Below, piece after piece: positions 62,320 through 64,000 of a stretch of 64,000 bases of DNA. Source of the stretch: Schizosaccharomyces osmophilus (lineage: Eukaryota). The DNA lies in assembly GCF_027921745.1 (NCBI RefSeq), contig NC_079239.1:1-64000 (forward strand). Reading direction: 5' to 3'. The translations under genes were made by a program, and so were the position numbers. Below the pieces are notes generated by a model. The model saw nothing but the letters and a program-made list of their open reading frames with translations. It was not told the DNA's origin and made no database searches. Every line of letters begins with the position of its first letter. Within the stretch, counting starts at the first letter, position 1.

Positions 62320-64000
62320 TTAAACCAGTAACGCAACGGCTAAAAAGCAAGTGGCCGCCATCATCAAAGACAAAGGCTTCGTAGAAGATCCCTTGGACTC
62401 GTGAGAACCAGTAGGTTTGCTGGTAGAGTAAGCAGTGCTTGTTGAATCAGCAGTAAAGGTGGAAGAGCCGCTCGTATAGGTTCTGTGATGCGTAGAAACT
62501 GAAGAAAATGTTGTTGGTGAAGCAAAAGAAGAGCTAGATGAAAGTGAGTCGGACAATGAAGATGTTGGATACGAGACAGAAGAAGAATAGATACTCGTAG
62601 GTGTTCCCAAAAACTTTTCAAAGGAAGTCAAGCTAGCCTCTGGATAATAGACTTGAGGCATACCAGTAGTTATTGTAACTGGTAAAGTACCAGAAGAACC
62701 CACAGTAGCAGTTGTATTGCTTAAAACTTCACGAACTACGGTTCCTTCGTCAAAGTTGGAACTGACATCGTAAGCAACCTTGTCGGAATTTGACTCAAAG
62801 TTTGTGTAGACGCCAAGAACGTCTCCCTTTTGAACGAATGAATAACGTAGTTCATTGTTTAAAAACTGGTGATTTGTTGTCGTCCATTTATCATTGTCAT
62901 GCATAGCTTGTTTACGCAAAGCGACGACCGTACGAATTAACTGATAATTAGGTGAGCTAATGTTATAACCGTAATTCCACAAAGCTTCACGATTATCAGA
63001 CGTACCGGCACCACCAGTCAGGTGCTGTTCTTGTCCATAATAAATAATGGGAATGCCAGTATGGAGTAAAAGAAACACGATGGCACCTTTGTTTTGCGAG
63101 GCATCATCCGTAATGTAGGGATAACGGGGTAAATCATGGTTTTCCAAAAAGTTAGCGACAGTAGACATATCTTGACCGGAACAAGCCTGCTGAAACTGAG
63201 TATCAATTTGTTGAAGGTATTGGAAAGCAGCTCCGGTATTATTGAAAGCAAATTCGATTCCTTGTCGAATTGGATAGCTGGTAATGCTATCGATTTGGTG
63301 GCGAACAGAGCAGGAAATGTCAGGGTTATAGGAAAACATCTCACCAACGGAGAAAACACCAGCAGACTTAAGATAATCGGGAAAGAAGTTGGGGTTCATT
63401 TGCTTAATGGCGTCCACACGGATACCATCAATACCATAGCGCTGAACAACATCGTGAATATGTTCATTCAGATAACTAGAAACTTGCTTAGATTCGAGAT
63501 TCAAATCGGCGAGGATGATTTCATCATCACCAGCCCAGCAATCTTCAATCTCGGAATTATTGGTGCTGGCATAATCGATCCAGCAGAAAGGATGGAAGTA
63601 ATCAGATGAATTGAAAGGATGAAGATTAGAATAGGTGATATTCTCAGGGGGACCAGGAATAGCCATGGAGTTGGCAAGGGCATCGAACATGACCCACATA
63701 TCACGATTATGCATATCATTAATAAGATCAATTAAATCGTCTTCGGAACCCCAATGATCGTTCAAGCGAGTAAAATCGCTGTTCCAGTAACCGTGATACG
63801 ACTCACCGTCTTCGCCATACGTACCTTCGACATTTTTATCGATAGGAGACATCCAAACAGCATTGAAACCCATCTCCTGAATGTAATCCAGCTTGGATTG
63901 AATGCCTTTCCAAGTACCACCGCAGTACTTGCCAGAACCCTTTTGACACTCAGGGTTCGAAGTATCGTTGACGGCAAAACGATCCGTCAAAATTTGATAA
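62320..64000 (-). CDS. aah1: GPI-anchored alpha-amylase homologue (GH13), Aah1-like; 5' end outside window
   Basis: YQILTDRFA, YCGGTWKGI, YHGYW, DGIRVDA, GEMF and ENHD motifs; Ser/Thr-rich tail and hydrophobic C-terminus. Symbol assigned from recalled synteny. Confidence 0.85.
   Translation of the reverse strand, partial: YQILTDRFAVNDTSNPECQKGSGKYCGGTWKGIQSKLDYIQEMGFNAVWMSPIDKNVEGTYGEDGESYHGYWNSDFTRLNDHWGSEDDLIDLINDMHNRDMWVMFDALANSMAIPGPPENITYSNLHPFNSSDYFHPFCWIDYASTNNSEIEDCWAGDDEIILADLNLESKQVSSYLNEHIHDVVQRYGIDGIRVDAIKQMNPNFFPDYLKSAGVFSVGEMFSYNPDISCSVRHQIDSITSYPIRQGIEFAFNNTGAAFQYLQQIDTQFQQACSGQDMSTVANFLENHDLPRYPYITDDASQNKGAIVFLLLHTGIPIIYYGQEQHLTGGAGTSDNREALWNYGYNISSPNYQLIRTVVALRKQAMHDNDKWTTTNHQFLNNELRYSFVQKGDVLGVYTNFESNSDKVAYDVSSNFDEGTVVREVLSNTTATVGSSGTLPVTITTGMPQVYYPEASLTSFEKFLGTPTSIYSSSVSYPTSSLSDSLSSSSSFASPTTFSSVSTHHRTYTSGSSTFTADSTSTAYSTSKPTGSHESKGSSTKPLSLMMAATCFLAVALLV

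Noticed and set aside
51175..63977. Antisense or overlapping ORFs within ctt1, rrp45, rnc1, the transporter and aah1
   Set aside because: Shadow frames of well-supported genes with no recognisable motifs.

Overview
Fission-yeast (Schizosaccharomyces) DNA, probably from the octosporus/cryophilus/osmophilus clade rather than S. pombe. It spans the inner edge of an rDNA array and the adjacent single-copy region. Bases 1-27485 hold about 2.4 tandem rDNA units of ~11.49 kb (18S-5.8S-28S on the minus strand, no 5S in the unit, Reb1-type sites in the spacer). Bases ~27.5-51 kb are an accessory zone. It contains three SDR paralogues, malic-enzyme and metallo-beta-lactamase-fold pseudogenes, a Zn2Cys6 TF, solo-LTR-like elements, one intact 5S rRNA gene plus two fragments, hsp16, a sugar epimerase and a Con-6 protein. 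It also holds a compact cluster of meiotic-drive-type genes that the ORF track only shows as fragments. These are an intact 5-exon wtf gene (44991-46008), a 3-exon wtf-related membrane-protein gene with no PY antidote exon (38796-39409), and a Mug135/DUF1773 (tdk1-family-like) coiled-coil gene (40283-41101) head-to-head with the latter across a solo LTR. Bases 51-64 kb are conserved genes: ctt1, rrp45, rnc1, a Dal5-family transporter and an aah1-like GPI amylase. All calls come from reading the sequence by eye and recalling family motifs; no searches were run.
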